A stretch of 61,724 nt of DNA, filler included, from Dugesia japonica (Eukaryota): NCBI GenBank assembly GCA_001938525.1. It is 6 parts of 6 records of this genome, joined end to end, with 100 filler letters (N's around TTAATTAATTAA, not from the genome) between each part and the next. Parts side by side here need not be neighbours in the genome. Positions count along the whole stretch, not along the records: positions 8,576 to 18,153 come from MQRL01504306.1; positions 18,254 to 30,047 come from MQRL01643902.1; 4 more parts are not named here. The stretch is one strand, 5' to 3'. Below, piece by piece: positions 12,005 to 25,004 of the stretch. Made by a program: the position numbers and the translations under genes. Every line of letters begins with the position of its first letter. Within the stretch, counting starts at the first letter, position 1. A model generated the notes under the pieces. That model had not been told where the DNA came from, did no database searches, and was given only the letters and a program-made list of their open reading frames with translations.

Positions 12005-13429
12005 AATACCCGGCTACGAGTTTCTGTGGCTCAGTTCGGTTGAATGAAACAGAAAGGAAAAAAGGAATGAATACGTTTCTAATATATTCAGGTTTACAAT
12101 GTTTGTGGATATACAATATGTTTTCATGTTCCATTGTTTGTGCAGATATAAAGATTGCTTGGTATACCGACTCTACCACATGCAACATACAAATGTCCAT
12201 GTAAGTAGCAAGTCTTACCCAGATGTAAACCGCATAATTTAAAGATTAGCCTTGAGTTTGTAGATGGTTATTGCAAGCACCAATCGAATAAGGCATTACA
12301 ATCTCTTAAATTAAAATTTCGTATCCGTTGGAATCATAGGAATCCAAGGTATAAGGACATCTTCCCCTTTAAAAGGTCCCGTCAAGACTGTTGCTTCTGC
12401 GATGTTGTTCATTANNNNNNNNNNNNNNNNNNNNNGTGCTGTTGCAAGGCTTAGGCTGGTAAAAATTTAACAATATTATAATTGGCATGCCGATTTTCAA
12501 TTGCTATACGTTTGGCGGCATTCTAGGCTGATTGATTGAATTCGAAAATTCTGTTGGATAATTGAACGTTTCATCTGCTTTTTAAACAGTGTTGATGAAT
12601 TTGTATGTAACTGTCTCACATTGAAGGTTTGAAGGAATACGAGTTTGTAGACGTCTTGATTATTGCTTGCAGGAATAGCTCATTTACTCAACCAATAATG
12701 ATTCTTATAATTGGTTTGAATATTGAAAACTTCCTTCTTAACTAATTTATTTTTTGAGGCGACTAAAGTTATGGGGTAATGAAACTCTCACTGAGCTTAG
12801 AAGAACTGACACCTTACCATTCCCAATTTTTAGTAACTGATGTGAGAATATCTCAACCGATCGATCGTTACAGCCAAATTTTCATCGAAAATAAAAGAAA
12901 ATTGAAAACAAAAATGAGAAGCAATAAAAAAATAAACTGTACTTATGAAATGAATGCTATCGTAAACAATAGATGTCAATTCCAGCGCAATGTTACAGGA
13001 AATAGTTAAGTTTATAAAAATTCAATTTTATTGTGTTTTCGGAAAAACTGGAGAAGAATCGTAAACTTNNNNNNNNNNNNNNNNNNNNNACATTTAATAA
13101 CTCGTGTGTTGCTTTAATGTTTATCAGATGGCGTTGTTATTTTTCAAAATAGTATATTTTTAACTGTCACTTTGTTTTTGAAATAATTTCAAATTTTCGT
13201 ATTTTTTATTTAAAAAAAATCAAATCCTGGCAAAATCTAAGTCGAAAAATCGAAATATTATCAAATACAAAAATAAATTTGATCGAAGCTTTCTTTTTAA
13301 TGAAATATATGAACATACTTGGATTCGAATGCAATGTTGGGTAAAATTTTCAAGGTTAACGATGAAAGATTTCCGGAGTTGTTCGATTTTGAACTAACGA
13401 ACATTTACATTTTTATTTATTATTCCAGA
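12005..13429 (-). mobile_element. Internally deleted Helitron
   Basis: Carries the Pif1 helicase C-terminus. The 3' end has a degenerate GCCAC..GTAGC hairpin followed by CGGGTA. The putative 5' end TC..AATAAAAATGTAAATGTTCGTTAGTTCAAAATC..TTGAAAATTTTACCCAACATTGCATTCGAAT resembles common invertebrate Helitron 5' ends. Confidence 0.7.
12095..12875 (-). pseudogene. Helitron RepHel Pif1-family helicase C-terminal fragment
   Basis: NDRSVEIFSHQLLKIGNGK; NYPTEFSNSINQPRMPP..LKIGMPIII; NNIAEATVLTGPFKGEDVLIPWIPMIPTD; degenerate HGHLYVACGRVG. Confidence 0.9.
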
Positions 13430-13744
13430 CGATATGTGCTTTATTAGTTTTTTCAATTATCAATTTTCTATTAAACTTTAATTCATAAGACATTTATTGG
13501 TTGACAGAAGCTTACAAACTTTTCACAATTATCTATCTTTTAATGAATATTTAAAGATACATTTAATCTTAATTAATAATGGTAAAGAAGTAATAATAAT
13601 AAATAATTAAATTAATGTCAAATTGTTTCTAAATTTTGTTGAATTTAAGATTTAAGTTGCCAAAATTGATTAAACATAAACTTTTGTAAGCATTATTTGT
13701 GAATTATTATTAATATTAACAATTATTTTTAATGAATCAAAACT

Positions 13745-13747
<3 letters not shown>

Positions 13748-13813
<66 letters not shown>

Positions 13814-13900
13814 NNNNNNNNNNNNNNNNNNNNNNNNNNNNNNNNNNNNNNNNNNNNNNNNNNNNNNNNTAATAATAATAATAATAATAATAATAAAAAT
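13748..13900 (+). repeat. (AAT)n microsatellite
   Basis: Perfect run spanning a gap. Confidence 0.95.
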
Positions 13901-14986
13901 AATAATAGTTATAATAATTTTTAATAATAATAAGTATTTAATTAAGTACTCAACTTTATATTATTAAGCAGAAATAATTCAAGTTACCAATTAAAGTTAT
14001 CATTAATATCTTAATAATCCAAGATTCCTTTGAAATATTCAATATCGTTATTATTGAACAATAATCCATTTGGTCTATTTTGAATGAATAATTTTGAGTT
14101 TTCATCTGCACTCCCATCTAATACTCTGTCGTTATTTTTATGAAATACTATTTTACAAGATTAATATTCAAATATATTTCATTTATAAATAAATTAAATT
14201 AAAAATTCTATCGTAGTAATGTTGAAAAAGAGAAAACAATTAACCATTAAGAAGACTGAAGAAATCATATTAAAAAATGTATTAATACATAGTAATTAAA
14301 AAAAATCAAGAGAATCAGAAAAGATAAAAAATTTAATTTTGAAAATTTAACATTAAAATAAAAATATTAAATATATAAATAATAAAATTAAATTTAAAGA
14401 CTATTAAATATTTTTTATAATTCTTGATATTATTATTAAAAATAATAATAATTATAATATTGTAATAATAATATTTTCTACAAAAAAAATCGTTTCTCTA
14501 ATTAAATTTCATTAAATTTCTTATAATACAATACAAAAATATCATGCAAAAATTAAAATAAATTGAGTAGTGAATTTTTATGAATTGATATTGAATATTT
14601 GTTCTAACAATATTCTGGTTGATACTCTACTGGAATTCTTTAGCAATTAATAATTTATGCTTTGGTGACACAGGGCAAAATCTCTCGCTTTTTTGTTTTA
14701 TATAGAAATAAATGATAAATCATTTATAAATCTTAGAAAATCCAGTTCAATAGAAAATAAGATCGTGAAATTTTCGTTGGTTTTATTAAATAAATTTTTC
14801 TATGGTTAATTTCTTTATTTTCAAAAAAATATTAATAATTTATTAGAAGGATGCATTGTATACATATTAAAAAATATAAATATTTTTTCATTATGATTTT
14901 CTAAAATAACTTCAGAACTGTTTCGTTGTAATAAAGTAATTTATTTGATTTTCAGTTAAATGTCTTAAACTATTCTAAAAATACGT

Positions 14987-14987
<1 letters not shown>

Positions 14988-15056
<69 letters not shown>

Positions 15057-15131
15057 NNNNNNNNNNNNNNNNNNNNNNNNNNNNNNNNNNNNNNNNNNNN
15101 NNNNNNAATAATAATAATAATAATAATAATA

Positions 15132-15166
<35 letters not shown>

Positions 15167-15167
15167 G
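14988..15167 (+). repeat. (AAT)n then (ATT)n microsatellite
   Basis: Perfect runs that switch orientation at ~15133. Confidence 0.9.
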
Positions 15168-16489
15168 ATTTTTTAAAATTATAAAGGCAAAAATGTAAGT
15201 TCGATGAATATTTAAACCAAAAACTTCGTAAAATATTTTAACTATAAGACCAAAAATAAAAATATTTCTTTTTAATCTATTTACTAAAGCTGCTGATGTA
15301 TATATTTGATAATTAGGATATTTGAGACAGTACGCAATTTTTTAATTATCTATTATACTGATTATTATTGTAAAAAATTGAAATAATATATTTTTGGATT
15401 TAAATCAGTTTTTCTTTTTTCATACATTTTTATTTCATATATTTTTTTCATTAAATTTAAATCCCTTTAAAGTTTAGTAGCCATTGTTATTAGAAATTAA
15501 TGTGACTGGAAAACTAATAATAATAGAACCATTAATTATTCATTCATATAATATCGTTTTAAAACTAAATAATAACTAATAAATAATGTTTCTGATAATA
15601 ATTCAATATTTTTTTAAGTATTAATACATTAATATATTTTATAATTAATAAATAATTTCAAGATTATTTTAATCAATGGGATTTCTTCGAATATTTTTTC
15701 AGTGTATTTCATAATTATATATTTAAGTTTTAATATTAATACATTAATACCAATTTTATTTAAATCATATGAAATATATTATGACTACCGATAATTAAAT
15801 TCCAGAAAGATCAGAAAGAATAAATGAAGATTTTAAAATATTTTAATGTAATATAACGAAGGCAAAGACTGAGAACATTTAGAAAGCAAATATGACAAAA
15901 ATGATTACAATCTATAAACTTATTTAGAAAATAATTTTTTTTAATAATGAGGACATTAATTACTATGCTATAATTAAAGTGTGAGGTTAAAATTTTAATT
16001 AAAATAATGATTTATCTAATCACATATGAAAGATTAAGGTAGTAACACAAAAGGAGAAAGAATATTTGGAAACTAATAATACTATGTTTCTAGAGCATTC
16101 AAGAAGACTTGAATACCACAGCTTAGTATGATTGAATATTTTAAAATTTGATTTGAATTTTATAAACAACTATTGTTATTCTGGTTGAAAGTGTTTTCAA
16201 TTAGAAATCATTTGACAAAATGTGTGTAAGATAGTTTTTTAAAACCGATTTAATTTTTTTGTGTTTTAAGGTAAATTTATTAAAGTCAAATTTGTATTTA
16301 AAATTTGTATCAGAGGAATAAAATATAAAATAAAATATGTATTTTCAAGTGTATTTTAAAATTTGTTAATAAAGCTTTAAAATTAAAAAATTTAACAACT
16401 GCTGGTATTTAATATTTTTCGGTTTTAAATATGAATTTGTAAATTTGTTTGAAAATAGATTTTGCTATGGAATCGAGTTTTTATATATT

Positions 16490-16945
16490 AATGATCAGAT
16501 GAGTTCTCCAAATTCATCTAACAATTTGAATATTTGCTTTAATATAATAATTTCCTATGGGATATTTGATGTACCGGTTAATTCTACAAAATTAAAATCT
16601 CTTTTCGAATCAGAAAATAACATTTTTGTATTTGATGGTAACCCACTATTAATTATAGATACTGTTAAATTACATTAAATCAAATAATATGCACCTTATG
16701 TAAGGATACATATATAGGAGAATCATTCAGAACCATCCGNNNNNNNNNNNNNNNNNNNNNNNNNNNNNNNNNNNNNNNNNNNNNNNNNNNNNNNNNNNNN
16801 NNNNNNNNNNNNNNNNNNNNNNTTACATGGAAAACATTAGGAACAGGCTACATTTCTACACTTCACAGAAAGAAACATGAACAAATATTTATTAAAACAG
16901 ATAAACCTCAGATTAATGTAGTGTTCAACAATTGCAATATTTGAA
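16490..16945 (+). pseudogene. Penelope-like retroelement GIY-YIG endonuclease C-terminus
   Basis: QIICTLCKDTYIGESFRTIR, then after the gap TWKTLGTGYISTLHRKKHEQIFIKTDKPQINV*, matching the PLE CxxC-YIG..R and E..I...KP.LN motifs. Confidence 0.7.
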
Positions 16946-17447
16946 AAAAATAATTTTGATTAAAAAATATTTTAAAAATATAAAAAACGAAATAATAATA
17001 ATTAAATATGAAGGTTGTCCTAATATGAAGTTAAAAGAAACTTTTAAAAGTTTTTAGTTCAAAAAAAATTAATATTATAATTTTTATGTAAAATTAGTTC
17101 ATTTTTAAATGAATTTTTAAAAAGAAATTTATTAAAATTAACATTTATTTAAAATAACATTAATTATATATAAAAAAACCACAAAATAGAATTTTTAAAA
17201 GTTTTTAAAAAAAATACAAAAATTTAAATTTAAAAAATTCTAAGTATAATATATCTAAAATATCTAAAATATCTAAAAGACTTTTCAGTATTAATTTTTC
17301 GAAATTTTTTGAAATTTTTTGAGTTGATTTAAAAATAAAAATTAAAAATTCATAATTAAAATTAAAAAAAATAAAACAATAAAATTTCGATAAATTTAAA
17401 GAGTTTAGTAACAAAAATCTATTGTATTGAATATATCAAGAAGCCAA

Positions 17448-17480
17448 CATGTTCCTGAAGAAGACTATTGTCGAAAATTT
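17448..17480 (+). ncRNA. Candidate minimal hammerhead ribozyme (PLE type), truncated by gap
   Basis: CUGAAGA-A-GAC(UAUU)GUC-GAAA-AUUU, ~500 bp downstream of the GIY-YIG ORF on the same strand. Confidence 0.5.
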
Positions 17481-17944
17481 NNNNNNNNNNNNNNNNNNNN
17501 NNNNNNNNNNNNNNNNNNNNNNNNNNNNNNNTTGTTTTAATGAAATTAAATCAAATGATTTTGAAGTATTGTTTTTGTTTCCTGGAGTTTATCATGAAAC
17601 CTTATTGAAAAAATAAACAAGGATATTAGTATAAATATAAAGATATTTTTATAAAATATGTGATGTGGTGTATTTTAATGGCTAGAATGATTTTAATAGA
17701 ATTTAGTTATTTTGTAATTTATAATTGTAATGTTTTATTATTTGTTTATCTGATTATATTAGGTTGAAGAAACGATTTATGGGCCGTGCTAAAATTATTA
17801 ATACTATATTCTATATTATATGGTTTTGTTTTTTTCATCTTATTTTAAGACTGTTAAAAAATTTAATAATTTTTTATGATATCTGATTAGGAATTAACAA
17901 ATTTTGAGCTTTAACTTTAAAAAGTCTTTCATTTCAACAGGACA

Positions 17945-18153
17945 ATGTCAGAAAGAAATGCAACAAAATTGAATAATTGGACGGTATTGATATTCTTCCA
18001 CATTCAGATCATTCTCCAATCAAACCTGTTACAAAATACTTTCATATTTAATTGGGTGATTTTGTGGCAAAAAATGCACATCATCTTTCTTCCGAATTCA
18101 GTCTATACTAGAAACATTACTCCATGTGACTTTGGTCCTTTCCAATCAGTGTA
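17945..18153 (+). pseudogene. Mariner/Tc1 transposase C-terminal remnant
   Basis: LPNSVYTRNITPCDFGPF resembles HPPYSPDLAPCDFWLF; a TATTAGGTTG TIR-like start lies at ~17757. Confidence 0.45.
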
Positions 18154-18253
18154 NNNNNNNNNNNNNNNNNNNNNNNNNNNNNNNNNNNNNNNNNNNNTTA
18201 ATTAATTAANNNNNNNNNNNNNNNNNNNNNNNNNNNNNNNNNNNNNNNNNNNN
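18154..18253. other. Synthetic scaffold linker
   Basis: 44N-TTAATTAATTAA-44N. Confidence 0.95.
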
Positions 18254-19560
18254 CATTAACAAACAAATTTGTCTTATATTTATGGATTCAAAATTATACG
18301 AACTCAACAGTATGCAATACCCAAATCAACAGTACTACAAAATCTTGCACTACTCAAATTGTCTAATATTTCCTCTACATTGGGCATCGGAAATGCATAT
18401 CTTTCTGTGATTGCATTCAGTTTTCTAAAATCAAGACACAATATAACGTCTTTCCTTTCATTTTTGCAAACACACTTCATAAAAATACCATTGTCAAACT
18501 AATTTCTGATAGCTTCATCTATCTTATTCTCTTAATACATTGGTTGTCTCTTTATCTTATCTTTTACATCATTGTACTCATCTACTCGTTTAATTTCCTT
18601 TATTTTATTTATGTAATTATTTATACTACTTTTACTATAATTAACAATACTGAGATTTTTTGGGATAATAAATTCAGCGCTCCGACAATCTCGACTTTAG
18701 TCGAAGATTGGCCATTTAAGTATTCATCTTAATAGTTAATTCTTCATTACAATAGTAACCTTTGTCTTCTTTACATGCACAACCTTTTCCTTTTTCTTCT
18801 ATTGAATTAACGTGACTCTCATTCCCTCTCATGTAATTATTCGTATTTTTCGAATAAAATCTTTGTTTGTCATTTCAGCAATCTTTTCTTTGATTCTGAT
18901 AACTAAACTGTTTGTTCATATTTGTGTAACAGTTCTCTGTGTGGTGTCCTTTTTTGTTGGATCTTGAGCAACTAGCTTTGATACAGTCTCTTTACCAAGT
19001 GTTCAGATCCACAAGCATAACACTTTTTTTTCTTTCTTGACAATTTCTGTTTATATGACTTAAATTCTTACATGTGCAACACGTGATTTTTCGTATTTCG
19101 TTGTTTTTGTTCTGTTGTATTTCTTCATTACGACTCTTCTTGAATTTCTTTGTTCTGCATTTCTGAGAACCGCATCTTTGTAGTTACAAACTACATTTAT
19201 TTCTTCAATTTTTACTTAGTCTTTCGTGTTTACCTACTGTTTTATTGCTTTAAATATATCTTCTACTTTTTCTATTTTCTTGATTTGATCTTATGTTTTT
19301 TTTCTGTCATTGCAACCATTCATTATTAGCTCCTTTGTTAAGTCATCTTTGTTCCATATATAAGGCATTAACTTCTCTGCCATTTCTTCTATCTTGTTCT
19401 TATAGATATTTACGTGCTCTCCATTCCTTCCGTGATTTAGAACTTCTTCCATATGTAGAAACATTGTAGATATCCTAAAGAAAGCCTATCTAAATATTTT
19501 TTCAAATCCCAATGTTTCATCCTCATTTTCATAGATTTAACGCAGTTCTTTATCTATGAA
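18254..19560 (-). mobile_element. Ty3/Gypsy gag-pol remnant
   Basis: CCHC knuckle KKCYACGSEH..DC at ~19020; RT start LCLDFRKLNAITERYAFPMPNVEEILDNL..FCSTVDLG at 18310-18450. Confidence 0.8.
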
Positions 19561-19621
19561 AGCAAGTACAAACAAACTGGTAGAATCGATAACAGTTCAA
19601 GTTAATACAATGGTTTACTTA

Positions 19622-19622
19622 A

Positions 19623-19687
<65 letters not shown>

Positions 19688-19737
19688 NNNNNNNNNNNNN
19701 NNNNNNNNNNNNNNNNNNNNNNNNNNNNNNNNNNNNN

Positions 19738-19806
<69 letters not shown>
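19622..19806 (+). repeat. (ATT)n microsatellite
   Basis: Perfect run spanning a gap; source of the poly-L/poly-I spurious ORFs. Confidence 0.95.
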
Positions 19807-20287
19807 TCTATGAAAATGAAATATGTACCATATTTCTGCGATATTTTACATGTACCTAAAATTTTCAAATACTTTAATGCTATGGAATTATTTAAAGTTT
19901 TTAGATTGCTTTAACTTGTACCAAAAATTAAAATCAAATAACACTTATTGAATTTATTCTTAAATTTTATATTAAATTAAACAATTCCTATTGATTAGTA
20001 AGTTTAGATTAAATGGACAAGAATAATGTCTAATAATAGAATTGTTTGTAATAAACAGATTCAATATTAGAACCTGTCAGTATTAATCTCATGAAAAATA
20101 CCAGTGATAAACGTTTATTTAAATTGTCGATCAATATTTGCTGTAAGGAAATATATTTTAAAAATCGAAATCACTCTCTTCAAAAAACAAGAGTTGTTTC
20201 TTGATTTATATCTTCTTCTTACTGGCATCTAAGTTTATTGTGTAGCTCAGCGTGTAATATAATATAACCAGAAACAATGATTTATAT

Positions 20288-20518
20288 AAGGGGTGGGTAA
20301 AGTGAGGCCCTTTCCAACTTTCCAAGAAAGTAAACATTAACAGAATCAAATAAAAATTAAATATTTAATATTTCTTGAGCTTCTATTCATTTTGCTTATA
20401 AAAAAACAAATTATTTTGTTGTTATATTTTAAGCTTTGCACATTTTTTTATTTAGAAAAAAATATATTTCAAATTGAAATTTGGTGTTTGGCCCTGTAAA
20501 AAAGGTTCTCCATCCCTG
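20288..20518. mobile_element. hAT-type MITE (degenerate)
   Basis: Ends AGGGGTGGGTAAAG..GGCCC and GGCCC..GGTTCTCCATCCCTG are related to the 39081 element; TSD not preserved. Confidence 0.45.
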
Positions 20519-21834
20519 ATTACCAGGGATTATTAATTATTATTAAAATAACTCAGTTGTTAATCTGCTGTTGTAACTGTGTTAATATTAGTGTTGTTAG
20601 AGATAAAACTGTGATGTAATAATTAGCCCAACATGGATTTTGCAATTATAATTAAAAAACTTACATTTAAATTAAACATATTATGGAAAAACGTTTGTAT
20701 TTATTAAAAATAGAAATTATAATGATTATTTTGTATTTACTTTACAAATGAAATAAATTATCTCTTAATTTAAATTCTGCATTTTCTTTCGTTCTAGTAA
20801 TAATTCTTTTATAATTTTATCTGCTAATTGACTTCAGTAAAGAAAAGTAATTATCATTCCATCTTTTACAGTCTTTGGAAGGTTACTGTAGGAATTTAAG
20901 CTTAATCGTAATTATATTTGTTATAAAAACATAAAAAAAATAATAACTTATTTACAGTTGTCACGGTTTTAATCAGACATAAAAATGTGTACTAAAAAAT
21001 GGACGTTAACCGTTGATTGGTTAAAACTTTTACAGAATCACAAAAAAAGTTTATCAATATGAATGCGAGAAAAATTAAATTTTATTTTATTAATTTATTT
21101 ATTTTTTTTCATGTATACTTATTTATAAAATAAATTGTATTTATGTGGATTATAAAATTGTACAAATAGTTTGTTAGAATTAAGCATTAAGTTACACAAT
21201 TTTACATAATAAAAAATAAATAATAATAAAAAAAATAATAACTAAAAAAATAATAAAAAATAATTATAATAAATTATTAAATTGTATCTCAACACTTGAG
21301 GACAGAATTAAAGAATTTTACTAAACAAATTTTTATTTATACAATTTATACTGAAACAACTGTTAACTAGTGTTACCAACCTAAAACCTGGACAATATCT
21401 ATATCCACAGTATAATCAACACATATTGCAGTATGGTTCTTACCAGAAACCAATAGGCTTTTAAGAAATTGATTTGAATATGTGATTAGCGATGTAACCA
21501 GTTGTCCTGAAAGGGTTAAATGTTTGTATGTATGGCGTGATTATATGTTATTTCTGAAATTTCATCATACCCAAAAACAAAAATATAAAAAGCATAATTG
21601 ATTAACTTGTTAAAAATTAATAACCTTTAAACGTCTAGAAATTTTTGATTGATTAACATTTAATTATTCTACAGATTTTTCTTAGGTTACAGTTTTAATA
21701 ATTTTAAGATAAGGGGATTAAATCTTAAAATTAATGTTCAGTTGACAGATTCAACATTGCTTTTAAAATTATTTTATTGATTATTTATTGAAATTACATA
21801 AACTTTATAAATAGTTTGTTTTAAATATATTTAA

Positions 21835-21883
21835 TTGCCTGATGATGACGGATATTCCGACGAAATTAATTGCGACAAATAAA
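21835..21883 (+). ncRNA. Candidate minimal type-I hammerhead ribozyme (Penelope pseudo-LTR type) followed by AATAAA
   Basis: UUGC-CUGAUGA-U-GACGGA(UAU)UCCGAC-GAAA-UUAAUU-GCGA: core boxes, stem II with one mismatch, palindromic stem III, 4-bp stem I; AATAAA at 21878. Confidence 0.6.
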
Positions 21884-23282
21884 TAATTTGTTAAATGAAA
21901 TGCTTTTTTATTTGTAATAATTTACTTTAAATTTCTTTCAAATTAATTTACGTTAAAAAATCTCAGTTGAAATGTCAAAATATTTAACTCGGTTTTAATC
22001 TATTCTTCCAAGTTTGATTTCTGATGATTCATTCGAAGCGTTTCTTTTTTTATTGAAAACTAAATATTGGTTGCCAATTTTTTTAAATCTAAGGCCATAT
22101 TTTGTCTTGTGTTAACACATTATTATTGTTATACAAATAAGAAAAATGCTCCAGGGAGCCAGGAAAGTAATGTACTCTGTCTATTCATTATCATTTCAAT
22201 AATAAATAATTATTTTAGCAAATAGAATAAAATATCAAGCATTTCAGTATTGTATTTTCAATTGTATTTGTTGGTATTTCTAAATTTAAATTCATGCCAT
22301 TTTAAACATCATTAACCATGCAATATTATTTCGAAAAATGTTATTATTAAAATTTGTAATATTATAAACATTTCCAAAAATAAAAGATTGTTTAAATATA
22401 TAAATTTAAATAAAACAAAAATGTCAGTAAATTATAAGTTTATGTGTTAAATTGCGAAACTAATAAATTTATTTTTACTGTGCTTGTGTGTTAATAACTG
22501 TCATTTATTAATTGTAAAATTCGAAGACATATCATGTGTTATGTTATATTTTTTAATTATGCTTGTATGTTTGAATTTGTTTGTCTAAAAATTAGTATAA
22601 ATAGAAATTAGTTGTTTTGTTTCTAAAATATATATTAACTTATCTAATTATTACCAGAAAAAATTTATCAAAAATACTTTTAGCATCAATAACGTTTATA
22701 TAAAAACCGTATTGTTACAAAATTATTTTAAATCAGATAAATATTTTAATTATATAGAAATAAATTTAAATTCTTTCTGCAAGACGAATCTTTACCTGAT
22801 CATTGAGTTTAGTGGCAGTTATCAATTAAATATATTATTATTAATTTTTGTGTTGTAAAACCAAGAACTTATAAATACAAAGGAATAAGATTAGATTAAT
22901 TTAATAATAATTCTAACTATAACTAAAAAGAAAAAGTTAATTATTATTTTGTTGATTCTGAATATTTAGTTCACATCACGAAATAAAATATTTTAAATTC
23001 ACAGATATTTAATTTGAATGCGATATCAAATTAAATGGAAATGCAAATATAGATGGTTCTTCGTGAGGTAAACAATTATTAAATACTCGACATTTCTACT
23101 TGTAAACTGATATTAAAATATAAATTTTAATTGAAAATTTTTTTAATTTACAAATATCTTTCCAACATTTTTTATTTTAATTTCTTAATAATATTTTTTC
23201 CTTTATATTTTCTGAACTAGAAAATTGAAAATTTAATAATTTAAAAGTATTTTCAAGTAATAAAAATAGAAAAAATGGTTAA

Positions 23283-23526
23283 CCCTACAGTGCATGGTGA
23301 TTCATATATGCATCACCATCTTTTTTTACACCTAGCTTTGTATTTAAAGCATTTTGGTGTCGTAAATGCATAACAGTGCAAATATGAATCATCCAGCAAC
23401 ATAACGGTATACCATAGACAACATATAACCTAAACATTCTCCCAGTATTATTCATTTCGTCGAACGTGTGGCGAGTGGCGGGCGTTATACATTTTTTTAA
23501 AAACAAAAAAATTATGCACTGTAGGG
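23283..23526. mobile_element. piggyBac-type MITE
   Basis: 13-bp perfect TIR CCCTACAGTGCAT/ATGCACTGTAGGG, flanked by TTAA (left) and CTAA (right). Confidence 0.8.
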
Positions 23527-23778
23527 CTAAAATTAAAAGGTTTTTAAAATTAGAAACATTAATAAATTAATTAATTCATTAAAATAATGAATTTTTGGTT
23601 GTCATAAATTATTTTAAATTTACATAACATGATAATTTAAACAAATAAATCAATAGAAATTTGTTTGTTTAGAAATATTAATTTAGTTTTCAACCAATAA
23701 ATTTTCAGTATGATGTATTCATTTTCTTACGACTTTAAAAGGTTTTAAAGGTTTACTTGTCATTAAATTTTATTAATA

Positions 23779-23940
23779 AGTAGCCATACCCTACTGTGGC
23801 TCAGTTTGGTTGAATGAACCAGAAAAGAAACGAGAACTAATACATTTCTAATATATTTACTTATACCATGCTTGTGGACATACAAAATTTTTTGTTATTT
23901 CATAGTTTGTGTGGATTTAAAGATTGCTTGGAGTTTTTCG
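23779..23940 (-). mobile_element. Helitron 3'-end fragment (same family as 12005)
   Basis: CTGTGGCTCAGTTTGGTTGAATGAA..TTTCTAATATATT..GTGGACATACAA..AAAGATTGCTTGG aligns with 12024-12165. Confidence 0.75.
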
Positions 23941-24971
23941 ATTTTAAACAAACAAAATTTTTCATTTTTATTTCTATAGTGAAAAATTACAACCACTATG
24001 AACAGTCAGCAGTGAGTTCCATTCTTGCCTTCTCTTTAATAAAATGTTAAACTGCATTCACTCCTTAAAAATAGACAGTAAATCCAACATATTTTTTATT
24101 GTAATGAAAACTTGACTTTTTTTAGGGGCCCCAAAGACTTCGTCAACCTAGAACCAAAAGATTTAAATCCGGCACTGATCGTGACCTTTTTTCATTGATA
24201 AATCAAATCATGAAAAGTTTATTGTAGTGTATGGAATAATTCTACTATTCATTATGTACATACCATAGAAACTCAGAAAATAATATGAATTGGGAAAGAT
24301 AAAAAGCATGTTTAAAGTGATACAATGCAATGATAATTTCTTGTAATTTATTATTTAAAAAACAATAAATTAATAATATATCATGTTGAAATTGTAATAG
24401 AAATCAGAGGTATATNGGGTTTTTAAAGATTATTTGGATTATAAAATCTTAAGTAGAATGTTTTAGGCAGACAAAGACAAATGAGAAACCAATTGTTTAA
24501 ATAAGCATAAATATTTCAGAAAAACAAAACTATTTGACTGATATTATTAATTTGGCAACCAGCAACAGTGAAAACGCGATTTTCAATATTTATCGATGAA
24601 ATTATTCTAGTAATTAAAGCTGCTGTTACACTTTCATCTAAAAAAACTACCTTAGTAAAACTATATGCTCGTAATCCTCGGTCATATAGTATTTGTAATA
24701 TGCGAAAGGATTTATGATGATTTTTTATGATTTTTATTCAAAATCCCTAAAATATGATGATATGAACCAAAAAATACTAATCTAGTTCGAATTAAATTTT
24801 AAATCTCTGGCAAACATTTGCAATCTTTAAATATTTCAATTCAGATAATAATAATTAAAAATAATAAAATTTATTTTATAATATTAAAAATAAAACAAAA
24901 TTAAATTGTATAAACTTACATTATTGTTATCAACTTTTGATATAATAAGTAATTTATTTAAATTAGATTCA

Positions 24972-24999
<28 letters not shown>

Positions 25000-25004
<5 letters not shown>

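Noticed and set aside
19556-19868. Poly-Leu / poly-Ile ORFs
   Set aside because: Translations of the (ATT)n microsatellite and N gap.
24120-24178. hAT-like end TAAATCCGGCACTG
   Set aside because: Single end only; no partner TIR or TSD found.
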